A stretch of DNA of 64,000 bases from Lama guanicoe (GCA_013239625.1 MU054323.1:17798029-17862028), one strand, 5' to 3'; numbered from the stretch's first letter, positions 48,805 through 62,170 are shown. A program made the numbers and translations. Notes: a model not told the origin generated them from the sequence alone.

Positions 48805-49063
48805 ATTTCTATCTTTCTTAATTGAAATTATTCTGTGAGGAAGAGTTGTTTGTTTGTTTGTTTATATCATTATGGACTTGTGGATATTTGTTTATTCTCT
48901 GGGTTATGTACAACCCCATGCTATCATTATTTTGTTATAAAAGTTAATCTAGCTTTGACTAGTGGTAGCTCTTTTAGATTGGATCCTGTGTTCTTTTGAC
49001 ATATCCACAATTTGTTTTTGAGTACTTCCTATTTTCTGGCAACAAAAGATACTTCTTCTAACT

Positions 49064-49925
49064 GTTTTTTTTTTTCAATTAGTAGACTTTATTTTTTAGA
49101 GTGGTTTTAGGTTTGCTAAAAAAGTGAGCAAAAAGTACAGAGAGTTCCTATATACCTGTCTGTTTCCCCTATTATTATCTTGCATTGATATGGTATATTT
49201 GTTATAATTGATGAACCAATACTGATATAGTATTATTAACTAAAGTCTATAGTTTAAGTTAGGGCTCACTCTTTGTGTTGTGTAGTTCCATGGGCTTGAC
49301 AAATGGATAATGTCACATGTCTACAGTTACAATAGCATACAGAAGAGTTTCACTGCCATAAAAATTCCTGTGCTCCACCTATTTGTCCTCTTTCCCCCCA
49401 GCCTAAACTGCTGGCAACCACTGATCTTTTGGCTGTTTCTATAGATTTGTCTTCTCCAGGATGTCATATAGTTGGAATCATACAGTCTGATGTGTCTTCT
49501 TTCACTTAGCAATAGGCACTTAAGTTTCTTCCTTGTCTTTCCATGGCTTCATAGCTCATTTCTTATTATTGCTGTATAATATTTCATCATATGGATGTAC
49601 CACAATTTATTTATCCATTCACCTACAGAAGGACATCTTGGGTGCTTCCAAGTTTTGTCAATTACGAATAAAGCTGTTATAAACATTTATGTGCAGGTTT
49701 TTATAGGACATAAGTTTTCAACTCATTTGGGTAAATACCTAGGAGAGTGATTGTTGGATCATATGGTGAGACTATGTTTAACTTTGTAAGAAACTGCCAA
49801 ATTCTCTCCCAAAGTGGCTGTAACATTTTTGCATTCTCATCAGCAGTGAATTCTTGTTGTTTCATATCCTTCAGCATTTGGTGTTGTCAGTATTTTGGAT
49901 TTTATCCATCCTAGTAGTTATGTAC
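49064..49925 (-). mobile_element. L1MC-like 3' end
   Basis: tagactttattttttagag...attgatgaaccaatactgata...tttgtaagaaactgccaaa. Confidence 0.9.
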
Positions 49926-50329
49926 CAACTATGTTGTTTAACTGGTCAAATCCAATAAGAAGGTGCTATCTGAAATGTTTGATAAAGGATGTGATTTGAG
50001 AATCAGATTTCTTGGAATTGGGAAAGAAGCCAAAGCAGAAGCTAGGTTGAAAAAAAGAAGAGGGACAAATCTCACCCCAGGATGGCAAAATCTACCTGAA
50101 AGCACAAATAAAACTTAGTTCCCAAGTCTACTGTCAAACTGAGGAAAGGAAGTGCATCAATATTTTTTAGTATCTGGATGTCTCCTGTCTTAGTATCTTA
50201 TTTTTGGTTATCTGGAATTCTTCTTCAAGTGCATTTTTCAGAAAAGATAAGTGGGTGGTATATTTTCTGATCCCATGCATATTGGGGGTGCCCTCAGGCA
50301 TAGAAGACAAGGATGTTGGAGTGATGGAA

Positions 50330-50880
50330 CAACTGTATGCTCTTCTGCTCAGCGTCCTGTTTATTTTTGAAGGGTGTATTTACTTCTTCAACTCATGTAG
50401 TTTGGGTGCAATTATTACTTCAGAGTAGGTACATTGTGATACTCTGTCCATAATGACTTTTGCAACAGTGGACATGTAATCCAAATATGGCCAATCAGAG
50501 CCCTTGAATTAAATTACTTGTATGGATTGTAAGCTGTAGGGATGCAGAGTTGCGCTGCCAGTGGCCATCCTCCCATCATGCAAACAGAATTCATCTATCT
50601 AGAGGGAATAAGGCTGATGAAACAAAATGAAATGAACAAATAAACAGAAACAAGCAGATCTCTGAGATGAAGAGAAAGAGAGAGAGAGAAAGCATGAGCG
50701 CTGGAGGGGAGAGAAGGAGGAAGTAAGAGTCGGTCAAGGTGAATTGTTTGAGATCTTTGATCAGTTGTGCTGGAAGTCTTACTCCTGGGCCTTCCAGTCA
50801 TACAAGTCTAGAAATTTCCTTTGTTTTTCTTAAGATACTTTGAGTTGGTTTTCTTTCCTTTACAACTGGAAAAAGTAACT
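50330..50880 (+). mobile_element. Old MaLR LTR (MLT1J/K-like)
   Basis: ggccaatcagagc, gtggccatc, ttgagttggttttctttcctttacaact. Confidence 0.6.
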
Positions 50881-50882
50881 AT

Positions 50883-51733
50883 ATCAGAGAAATGCAAATC
50901 AAAACTACAATGAAGTATCACCTCATACCCAGTCAGCCTGGCCATCATTAAAAAGTCCATAAACGATCAATGCTGGAGAGGCTGTGGAGAAAAGGGACCC
51001 TCCTACACTGCTGGTGGGAATGTAAATTGGTGCAGCCATTATGGAAAACAGTATGGAGATTCCTTAAAAACTAAAAATAGAGTTACCATATGATCTAGCA
51101 ATCCCACTCCTGGGCATATATCCAGAGAAATTCTAACTCAAAAAGATATATTCACCCCAATGTTCATAGCAGCACTACTTACAATAGCTAAGACATGGAA
51201 GCAATCTAAATCTTCATTGACAGATGACTGGATAAAGAAGTTGTGGTGTATATATATGTACAATGAAATATTACTCAGCCATAATACTGAATGAAATAAT
51301 GTCATTTGCAGCAACGTGGATAGACCTAGAGATTAGCATAGTAAGTGAAGTAAGTCAGAAATAGAAAGACAGATATGGTATTACTTATATGTGGAACCTA
51401 AAAAAAAGATACAAATGAATTTACTTACAAAAAAGAAAGAAGTTCACTGACATAGAAAACAAACCTATGGTTATCAAAGGGGAAAGGGAGGGTGAGAGAC
51501 AAATTAGGAGTTTGAGATTAGCAGATATTAACTATTATACATAAAATAGATAAACAACAAGTTTCTACTGTATAGCACAGAGAACTACATTCAATATCTT
51601 GTAATAACCTATAATGAAAAAGAATATGAAAAAGAATATATATATAATATGTATGTATAACTGAATCATTATGCTGTACACCAGAAACTAACACAACATT
51701 GTAAGTCAATTATGCTTCGATTAAAAAAAAAAA
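50883..51733 (+). mobile_element. Young 5'-truncated L1 (ORF2 C-terminus, 3'UTR, poly-A)
   Basis: Starts with IREMQIKTTMKYHL; ccatatgatctagcaatcccactcctgggcatatatcc; A11 tail. Confidence 0.95.
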
Positions 51734-52923
51734 CCCGAGAAAGAAATAAAATACATCAAAATATTTTTAAAAAATTAAATATAGAATTGCTATTAGGAAT
51801 AGGCAATTGCTAGAAACAAACTCTACAAGTGAAGATTTGGTTGAGTCTAAGGGTAGCACAGGATGGAGAGGACCCCCATACCAAGGGCAGCAAAATCGAC
51901 AATCTTTGTTATGCTGATCTGAAACATATGTTTAAAGGATCACCTTTTCCTTCTTTGAACCCAGACCATGTGCCTGCTGAGACTGGAGTTTTAGAGGAGT
52001 TGTCAAAACTTCAGGATGTTGTTTGCTTCTTGTATTTCTTTCAAGAAAAGAAAAAGCTTCAGTGTAAATTGGTCCCTGTGAAAGCAGGAAGGAAATAGTG
52101 TATAACTTTGTTAAGAGATGCCGTTCCTCCATTAGGATGTGGGCAGTACTCTAAGACCACTGTGGGTCAGATAATCATGCACCTCATGGAACTACAAAAG
52201 CCAAAATCCCTGCTCTAAGTTGGAGGTAATGTGGGCAGAAGTTAAGAGGTGGGAGACAACACTGGGGATATGATTGGGACTCAGGAGGAATCTGAGAAAT
52301 CCAGAAGCCTGATCCTTTAAGCCCTTTCCAAATTATGCTGCTCAGCCCTGGCTGGTGGTGAAGGTAACAATTCATTCCCTAGCAAACAGCCAATCAGTGG
52401 TCTCAGCCTGGGTACAGTCCTGATTAGTTCTGCCTAAGCACCTCAGCCTGAGTCATTTAGGACTCATTTAGCTGAGGGCTAAGACTGGCTGTTAAGGGAC
52501 AGATATGCCAAAGAGTCTGGTCTATAATCAAGGACAAGACAAGACGAGATTTCTGATTTTCACCTACAGAACTAGACTCAACCAGTAGATGGCTAGGGTT
52601 TTAAAAGTACTGAATTGCCAGAGAAGTAACAACCCCAAAGAATTTGGGATTGTTAGGTTTCTAAGGCAATCCCCAGGATTAATAATAATGGTCCTTGTAA
52701 TAATGCCAAATGTAAGAGGGATACTAAGGGGCAGGACCTCCAGAAGGATTTTCCCCTGCATTTATTTTAGGCACAGTCTTGGAGAATAATGAACTTGGGC
52801 GATCAGTGCACAGGGCAAAGGGTGGGGTTGTCAGATCAGTTTCACTGTCAAAACGTAAATTCTTGCCATGTTATTCTGTAGGGTCGGTCTGGTACATGCT
52901 TTGGCAGATGTCATGCCACCTTT

Positions 52924-52962
52924 TCTAGATGGAGTTTCTAGATGGAGTCTCTAGATGGAGTA
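52924..52962. repeat. 13-bp tandem repeat x3
   Basis: tctagatggagt(t/c/a) three times. Confidence 0.95.
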
Positions 52963-53269
52963 TCAATTTTCCCCTCCTCTACTGTGTTGGAAGCTTAGGG
53001 GACCATTACATTGATCATTTAAACTACAGGTTGTTGAATCAAGAGAAGCCATGTCTGGATGTCAGAGCTGTGTACATTACCCAGAGATCCTGGACACAAT
53101 CATGGGCTGGTAACCAGATGTGATTCTGCACTGTCTCTCTTCGGAATAAGTGTGATTTTTAGTTATACATTAAGTGGACAAACATTAGGTGGAGGACTTT
53201 TGAAATTGTATGAGTTTGTGTTAAGTAGGCATGGGGGAAATGTGGTTTGCTCTTATTGTCTGCTTACTC

Positions 53270-53812
53270 TTTTCTTCTGTGAAGGAATTGCTTCCCTCCC
53301 ATCTCATTAGGTTCTTGTGAGCCTGTTAATTACAGTGTATCTATCCCCTGGCTGCAGGAGCAGGGAGTGACCCAAGCCTGACCATTAACAGACCAGCCTC
53401 TCATCCACGGTGATTAGACATGATCTGAGTACAAGCAGCCAAAGCATTTTCATGAGATTTAAAATCTCATAGATGCAGGGAGTCTGTCTTTCATTTGAAT
53501 CATGAGCTAAAACAGTGGGGCATGGAATTTTCTTGGGGGGGGAGCTATGTTTCCTGGGATAAGGAAGGAGTGTACTTACAGTGGGAGAAGATGAGGTCAA
53601 TATAGAAAAAAAATCAGAGACAGGATGAAGCAAGAGTTGGTGGGGTTGATGGTGGGGAGGAAGAGACAGGGGAACAGTGGTAAATTTGAGCCCCTAGGTT
53701 TACCTGTACCTAAAGTTACCTTGGAAGTTTTGTGAGCCAATATATTAATTTATTTCCCCATAAGCTAGTTTGAACTGGGTTTCCTCTCAATTGTAACTAC
53801 AAGTGTTGTGAA
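53270..53812 (+). mobile_element. Old MaLR LTR (MLT1K-like)
   Basis: gtgacccaagcctgacca...gtgagccaata...taagctagtttgaactgggtttc. Confidence 0.6.
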
Positions 53813-54564
53813 AGCTGAGTATAAAAGCTTGAATTATAAATTTTGCCCCTCAAAATTCTGTACACTCTGCTTAATTTCCTTCCAACACTTAATAATATAA
53901 AGGAGAAATTTGAGATCAGCCCGACTCCCCCCACCTTTATTATGCAATTTATTATTCCTGTCTAAATGCTTTAAGAGTTTTTTCTTTATATGTATATATT
54001 TTTTTCCCTCTGAAACATTGTGGGCTCCTAACAGAATAATTGAGGCTTTTTCCAGTTTGTGGGGTTTTTTTTTCAATTATGTCATTGATTATAATTTCCA
54101 TTCCACTTGCTTTGGTTCCTTTTACCTATAATTCATAGGTTGGATGTTTATAAATTGGGGAAAGTGGGAAATAATATACCAACAGCCTCTGAAAGCAGCA
54201 GCTAGCCAATAAAGGTCAGCTATTCAGTTTCTTGGTTGGGTCAGATCTTGCATTCTTATTCCAGGGAGCCATACAGTTTGGGAGAAATTAATGGTCTTTG
54301 TACCTTTTTTCAGGTGGGCAGTCTTTCTATTCAGACAGCATAACACAAGGGTTTACCAATTGCACTCTTTAGCACATTTCCATCAACATGGGGATTAATG
54401 AAAATGTCAGTCTTTTATCCCTGCCCCTTCTGATTCATGGATATTTTAAGGGAAATTTTAGAGAGATCGTGTCAGATGCCATTTAAAGCTGGAAGTCTTT
54501 TCTGTTGACTTAAGAGCCAGCTTCTATCATGTACTTGGAGTTTTCAACATTGACTTAATTAATT

Positions 54565-54830
54565 AATTCAGTTCTCAAACCAGCATTATTGAGCAACTTT
54601 TATGTGCCAGACCCCATGGTTGGCTAGGCTATAAAGTTGAATAAGATGCTGTTTTAATTCTTAAGGACCTAGCAATCTAGTGGGTAGGTAGATATATAAA
54701 ACAACCAAGTACAAATGAATGGTAAGCCTGTGATACACACAGTGCTCTGGGAGCTATTTGGGGAAGGCTTCACAGGGGAGGTGACAGACATTTGTATCCA
54801 GCTTTGTAGAATCAGTAGGAGCTCACTAAA
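54565..54830 (-). mobile_element. L2 tail
   Basis: cattattgagcaacttttatgtgccagac...atctagtggg...gggaaggcttcacaggggaggtgaca. Confidence 0.8.
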
Positions 54831-55935
54831 GAAATGGAGAAGACGCATTGCTGTGTTATTCTGTTATCATTGTCCTTTTAATGGGGTGTGATGGGGGCCC
54901 TGCCTGCATATTGATATTTATTTTCGAAATTTCACTCCACTGCTTTTAAATTTCGCAAGTATTTTCTTATGACTGACAGATCTGCTTGCTACACACAGTG
55001 TATGGGTTTAGATGGGCAGCTTTGTCCCTCTTCTTATCAATTTAATTTCTCTTCCTCTCTACCCACTGGGTTTGGGGATGCTGTGGTCTTACACATTTTA
55101 ATTGCATATCTATTACAAAATGTATTTATGTAACTTTGAAGAAAAGCAATGGTTTATATTACCAGAGCATGTGAGAGTTTAAAGGGACAATCTAGTCTAA
55201 GCTCCTCATCTCTACTTCCACTTTCTAGTTGTTAGGGTCGTATAGCTAAGTAGGACCGGAGCAGGCGTAATAATCGTGATGATGAGACGGAAGAGCACTG
55301 GCAGTTTTCACAAACATCGTTGCATTTAATGCTTGCGAAGATCCTCTGAGCCTTGTATTATTATTACACCCTGTTTACCAGTGAGGATATTAAACTTAGC
55401 AATACCAAGGTATTTGTTTTAAAATGTTATATTAAATCTCTGGACTTTCAGCTCAGTACTTTCCCTATTCCTCAATGAAACCTCATTGGTTTTTGGTTGT
55501 TTAATTGAATTCTAATTAAAAATACTTTTCACACTAGAATCTAGGATTATCTTTTTAAAAAAATATACATACAAGATGTGTAAGTGGTATTTACCCCATT
55601 ATCTGAGTTCCTCTATTTCTTATAGCCTGTATCACAAGTGATATTTCCCGTGCGCCTTGATGTTGCACTGCTTTGTATTATTGTCTAGTTTGTGTTTATA
55701 TGATTTGTGTTGTCTGAGCAAAGAGTCTTTTCCCTGCTCAAAATCTAGTAAATTTCTTTTGCACCCCCTTCTTGTGACTTCTCTTAAGTTCACCAACTGT
55801 CAGCTCTTTTCCCTCCTCTCAGTGGCAGACTGCCAGATTGCATAAATCATGCCTTTGGCTATTCTTGTCAGCCACTGCAGTAGAATTTTTGCGAAAATCT
55901 TGTAAACAGTACATTGCAATGTCAGTGGCCTCTGC

Positions 55936-55965
55936 TACTAACGCCTTCCTCCCCTTCCTTTTCAG
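55936..55965 (+). other. Candidate 3' splice site (branch point, polypyrimidine tract, CAG)
   Basis: TACTAAC at 55936-55942, then gccttcctccccttccttttCAG. Confidence 0.45.
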
Positions 55966-56689
55966 ATGATGCTCTGTCCCCTTGCTTTACAGGGTGGACC
56001 ATTTCACCTTTCTTTCATGTGTAGCTAGCTAGGGTTTAGTAGTCATTCCTGAACTTTTCACAAAGGCATTTCTCCTCTTGTTCCCCAAACCCCTTGCTCT
56101 TTTTGTTTCCATTAGGATCTCTAATGGGAGCATTGTAATATTGAACACCGGTCAGGGCAGAATCCTGTTTTCTCATCCTTACCCTGTCACTCTCTGGTTG
56201 GGTCACCTGGGGGCAAACTTTTCCAACCTCACCCATCGAATGGGATCACCTTGTCCATAAGTACTGGCATAATTGAGAAGATGGAATTAGATGAGAAAGT
56301 AAAGTGCTTAGAATGGTGCCAGATACATACTGTTTACTGAAAAAAAAAAAGTTCATTTCCACTTTTGTTGTTTCTGTAAATAATACTCTGGCCGAAGTTT
56401 CTTTTTGTTGTCAAGCTAACCATTTAGTCATATATCACAAACTCACCAATGCCATCTCTCTTTTAAAGCATTTTAAGTCAGCTGTTTTCTTTTTACCTAA
56501 ATTGACTTCGTATCTTGACCTAACTCTCTTTTTAATCATTTTGCCTCATTCCTCACCTAAGAGTTTTAGTGCCTACTACTCTCTGGCATCTTTAGATTGG
56601 AGCAAATGGTCCCTTCGGGTCATTCCTCTGACATTTTCATCTGCGTCCTATTCCTGCAGTGGTTTACTAACTCCACATGTGATCTGATA

Positions 56690-58010
56690 AACCGGTTCCC
56701 AAAACGTCAATTTTGAGACAGTTGGAAAAACTGCTATCTATCACCTTACAGTGATATGTTCTGGCAGTTCTATTGGCTCCTTACCCATTTTTTCCCCAAG
56801 CTCTTAGAAAATGCATTCACATAAATATTCTTCAATTCTGTATTATTTATATTAATTTCACAGTCTGTGATTGATTATTTTCAATACTTTCTAGTTGAAG
56901 GGCAGTTAAGATTCTCTTCCAATTTTAATGCTTCTTTTTATATTCAAGAAATTCACCATTTAACAAATAGAACAACAACCATAAATGCTAGGATACAGGG
57001 AGCAAAGATAAACATCCTTCAAGGAACTCATAATAAGTAAGTTGTCCCCTCCTTATTTCTTTAAAAGATATTCATGTCCTTTTATGTTTATAATCACTGA
57101 ACTTTGCTTCTTACATAAATAAGTATATAGTCCTCCATCCTTGGAATAATTCTCACCATCAGGATTATCCTAAGGCTTATATTAAGGTGAAAAAGAATTA
57201 GATGGTTCCCCAAAGAAGTAGTTTGTGGTTTGGGTATAATTTGCTTAGTGTTTGCATATGCTTATTTTGAAGACTTCCTATTTTAAGTTAAAATACTCAG
57301 GCTATAAATGAGAGTAGACCACTTGCTTCAAGTTTGGCTGCCATAATTGATATAGATTGCCTATTCCAGAAACAGACAGCCAGAAGTGAGTCAACAGTTA
57401 AATGGAACAGAGAAGAGAAAAAAGATGTTTCAAGAAATCTTCTAAGACAGTAATAACCCCCTTCTGGAATTTTCCTCCCTGCTGCAAGAGCTTTTGCAGT
57501 TAATTACAGTACAGTGTGACCAGAGGGAGCTCTTGATCTGCATGGGCGAGTTGACAGTTACTCCAAGTCTGCCCCATGCCCAGCTATTTCCTTTACTGGC
57601 CTTGAGTCTGAGTATGGGAGACCCCCTGTCAAAATAGAAATGTTTAGACGCAGAATTTTACTGCTGACAAGGATCTTACAGTTCATTATACCACAGAGGT
57701 TTCTAAGCCTTTTCAACTGAGAGAACTTTTTCAACATCAACATTTCTTGGATTCCCATTCAGTAGCACTTAAACTTGTAATATTGATGGATTGAGAAGGT
57801 ATATAATGACAGTATGCCTCTGTGAATTCAATAATCATTTACATGAATTTAAACTTTGTTAATCAGAACAGCAATTACATATATTTGAAACAATACCTAT
57901 ATGAGTGAAACATATCATTTGTTTCATCTATAGCCTGCTAAGTATGCACATGGATTTGGAGATCCCATGAATTTGGAGACTCCCAGGGACCTGCACCTTG
58001 GGAACCATTG
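56690..58010 (-). mobile_element. Putative ancient hAT (Charlie-like) element with a dimerisation-domain remnant
   Basis: Termini share ggttcccaa in inverted orientation; minus strand about 57780-57640 reads LL..P.NVDVEK/FSQLKRL....MN..L....LRLN. Confidence 0.45.
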
Positions 58011-60089
58011 ATCAAATCTAATCTGTTTTAATGGAGGAATGTAAATGTGGTTTACAGCTATTAAATGACTTTCCAAGGACACATCTAGCTAGTGGCAGAG
58101 TCCAGTTCATTGACACATTTTCCACTGTACCACAGCTGTCTGAAGTTATTATTCATCCAGATCAGCAGAGAGAAGTATCATTAAGTGAACCAGCTCAGAG
58201 GAAACTATGATTGTGTACCACACACAGGAGGAGATGCTCTTGTGTTTGACAATGACAACAAGAACAGCGACCACAAAACACCTTTCAGTTAATTACATTG
58301 TGTGTAGAATTCTTGTATAACTTGTCCCACTTGACAATTTCCTATTTCTTGAGGATTGCAGGGAAGTAGAGACCTGTGTCAGGTACTTATAAACTATAGA
58401 GTAAATCTGGAAAATAATGAATTTCTGGCCACACACACAAAACAACTGAGAACAAAATTAAAACCTTAACTATTATGGATTTTGGCAATGAACAGGCACA
58501 AAAGTCAGCAAGAATGGACATCCTCAACTTCTGCCAAGTCGGGAGAAGCAGTTCTGGCTGCTGAGTTGAGAAGAGAAATGAGAATATCACCAGCCAAATA
58601 ATACATTATACTATTGGCAGACGCAGGAGGAGGAGTGTGTCAGAGATATTAAAAAGCCATTCAGCGTTAGAATGACTCGATTCAGCTGGGAAAAGATGAA
58701 AAGAAGAATTTATTTCTTGGATATTTGTTAGTGTTTAGATACAAGAGGGTGTATCAAGAGTAGCCAAGTCTTCAGCCCAAGGTTTCTCTGAGTGACTGAT
58801 ATGAGGTAAAAGACGCTGGGCTGAACACAGTTCAAATCCATGCTCTCCCTGGATGACCCATTTCTGCCAATACTGTGTTGGCTGAGAAAACGTCAGGGGT
58901 TTACTAGATTAGCTCTAGGCCTCTTTCGGTCTGGATGAACCTTGGGAGTCTGAGTTGATTCTGATTCCTGTGAAAATTTGGGTCATTTGGGGGTAGCTCT
59001 TGCATGGTCCAATCATATCTTTTGCGTGGACATAGTAAAACGAGGGTTCATTCAGTTAGGTGTGATTGTGCCCCAAGACGGTCAAGTCTACTTTTCTAGA
59101 TGCTATTATGTGTACCTATTTTCCGTAGGTAGAGGGTCTATCTTATGAGCCAGGTTTGCCATCTTCATTCCAACCAAATGATTTAAAACTATGCGTTTCA
59201 AAAGGAATCTTAGGGAGGACTGGGCTGAATGTAAGCAAAACCACCCTCACCACTGGAAGCTGTAACTCAGCCAGTATCGTCTTTGAGGGGCAGCACATCT
59301 GAATCTCAGAGAAGCAAAGAGTAGATATAATTGGTGTTGACAGAATAGTTGTACAAACAAATCATGATTAATTCTGTAACCCCTGCAGCTTGATGTAATA
59401 AAACTGGGGTCCAGGGAGTGTTGCTTTGTCTCAGTGTTCCCTACCCTCTCAGTCCCAAGACTCTGAGTGTGGGAGGTGGGGAACGGTGTTTGCCATGGAG
59501 CAGAATCCTTTTTCTTCCCCTTAACTCTCCTGTTAGAGCTGCAGTGCTGGCAGTGGTCCTGAGACAGGCTCTGAAAAGTGGGCTGGTTAGCAGGAGCGTT
59601 TTCACTGCAGGCAGATTTGGTTGCCTTGGTGAAGTCCCCACGCATCTGAAGAGTGGCTCATCTGTTTCCGGCTGGGGATCACTTGTACTCACCCAGGCAC
59701 CCGCGAGAAACCCAGCAGACTGGTGAGCTGGTGCCGGCTGCACCAGGAACCTTTAAGAATCAGCAAACGAAATCGACAATTGTATTCACTGCATTTCCAA
59801 AAGGACTAATTCTTGGAGGAAAAGCAGTCAGAGAAGTGTTTGCACTGTCGGGGGCCTAGGGCAGGGATGGCAAGATGAGAAGGAGGAGGGAAAAGAGAGA
59901 GAAGAACAAAGAGGAGAGGGGGTGAGTGGAGGGAAGCCCTATGAGAGATGCTTAGCAATTGCCTTGGGTGGAGAGTTGTCTAAGAAAGATTTTTAAGGAC
60001 GCAGCCTTTATGATATGCTTGTAAAACCTCTCACCCTGCTCCTTTACGAAAATCACAGCCAACATCTACATTCTACTCTTTCCAGTGTG

Positions 60090-60392
60090 GGAATCGGTAC
60101 CCACCTTCAGCTATTGAGCTGTTGTAGTGTGGCCGGTCCGAGGTGAGATGTGCAGTCAGTGTAACACACACACTGGATTTTGACGACTTAGTGTGAAAAA
60201 AAGAATGTAAAATACCTATTCCACTGATAACTTTTTACACTGAATACTTGTTGAAATGATAATATTTTTAATATATTGGGTTAAAGTATATCATTAAAAT
60301 GAATTTTACCTGTTTCCCTTTACTTTTTAAAAAAAGTGGCTATTCGAACATTTAAAATAGAATGTGGCTCACAATTTCTATTGGATAGCAGT
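60090..60392. mobile_element. MER33-like hAT-Charlie element
   Basis: tgagatgtgc...acactggatttt...ttgaaatgataatatttt...tgtggctcacaatttctattggatagca. Confidence 0.85.
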
Positions 60393-61789
60393 AATCTACA
60401 TGATCCTTCAGAGCTTCTGGAGTTGCATTAGTGTTTATTTTGGGTTGGAACTGGTGGTGCTGCAGGGCTGTACAAGCAAACACTCACACCCATGCCTGTT
60501 GATGGAAGGGAGGGCCAGATGTGATCTATCTCAGGCTCCAAGAGCAGCATTTGTCAGCAATCTTGGGGAAGTATGTCTGCGTGCTGAGACCCGCAGACAT
60601 TCAGAAAGATTCGGAGTCAGAGAAACATCCGGGAGAAATGGGGCCTGACTTAAATATATCAAAAAGAGACCAAGTTTTCCTACAAGAATAGAACTGGTGT
60701 TAACAGAGAAACCTCAGAAGACAAACATGGGAAACAGTGGGGCTGGGAGAGGATGCCACCTTCTCCGTAAGCGTGACCACCACGCATTCTGCCTCAGTAA
60801 GAGTGCCTGAAAGAGAGAAGAAAGAGGGGGAAAGAAAGGTAGAGGGAATGGAGAAGGAAGGAAATAGAACCAAACTGAGAAAAAAAGCCAGGCAAGGCAA
60901 GATATGGTTCACGTGGTTTCTAATAGAGTTTGAAACAGCTTGAGAAATGACTACTGAATGGAGCAGAAATCCTCTGTAAAATCACCACAAGCTAAAGAAA
61001 AACACAGGTTTCCTAAGTGTTCAGTAAGTAGCAATCCTGAGTCTATTTATTTGAGAAATGGCTATGAAGCTGCCCTAATTCTTGGTTAAGACAAGACTGA
61101 GAAAAAAGGAGTATTTGCATAAGTGATGAGGTGAAAGGACTCCTGGGGTCCTTAAGGTCTTAAATGCTTCCGTTAATGCCCTCTGCAGAAGGGCAGGGAG
61201 TCCCTGGCCACACCCCAGGGTGTTAGTCTGCAGCACTGTCTAAAACTCAGCTATCTGGAGCACGATTGGTCTCTTCAAGTAACCAGAATAGCAGGCTTCA
61301 TTGCACTTTACAGCGAGAAGAGACGCTCACTCCAAAGAGTTAGTAGAAACACGTAAAACCCTTCACCAGAGTCCAGCCTATGCTCTGGCTCTGAACAAAT
61401 TCAGTCCAATTTCTTATCTCATAACTTCTGTGTCTACGGAGCCGGGCAATGAAAATGAATGTTCTAAATAATGACCCGAAGTGCTGCGAGGGTCTGAAGT
61501 GCCTTACAAATCATCAGAGAAAGAGTAAATTATGTGCTGAACCTACCGAAGCCAAAAAGTGAAGTAATAGTATATTTTCAAAATAGTCACTCTAGGAGCT
61601 AAAACTGAAAACATAGTGGTGTTTAACCTCAATGTAATGAGAACATCTAAGGACCGAAAAGGCCCCAGTCTTAATGCTTTCCAGTTCATTGAGGGTTCTT
61701 TTGCATATTGGAAACGGGTGTGAAAAGCTTTTATGTGTTAGGGTTTCATTGAGGCAGAATTGTTAACACTACAATTGGTGGATCAGCTG

Positions 61790-61903
61790 TAATTGGTTTA
61801 CCTAGAACTAGTTAGAAATGCAAATTCTCAGGACCCACCCTAGACCTGGTGAATCGCATCTTTAGGGGATTTCTAGGCCAACTGAAAGTTTGAGAAGCAC
61901 TGG
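61790..61903. mobile_element. MER5A-like MITE
   Basis: gttagaaatgcaaattctcagg...aagtttgagaagcactg. Confidence 0.8.
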
Positions 61904-61974
61904 CCTAGGGGATTAATCTGTCTCTTGGAAAGGGAGGAACCCCCTTTCCTTGAACAGGGCATCTGGGGATCACA

Positions 61975-62170
61975 ACTAATGCTTGTTTTATGTTCTAGGC
62001 ACTATGCTAAGAACTTTTTATGACTTATTTTAATCCTTCAGCAGCCCTAAGGAAGCAATATAAAAATCCCCTTTTACAGATAAGGAAACTGGGACATAAA
62101 AAAATTAAGCAGTTTGCCCAAACCCACAGGCACTAAGTAGTAGAACCAGGATTCACACCTAGGCTGCCAC
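61975..62170 (-). mobile_element. MIR
   Basis: aggcactatgctaag...ttttacagataaggaaactg...tttgcccaa. Confidence 0.85.

Larger units (their letters stand above)
47790..49050 (-). mobile_element. Old L1 (L1MD/MC-like) 3' region carrying nested insertions
   Basis: ttttatttgaaataa-like start, cagactttattcagatttca, tgatcacttggttaaggtggtgtctgcc, ttgagactatgcaaatatcctgtttctc. Confidence 0.85.

Noticed and set aside
54290..54320. Plus-strand acceptor cttttttcag|g
   Set aside because: No clear branch point, donor or reading frame.
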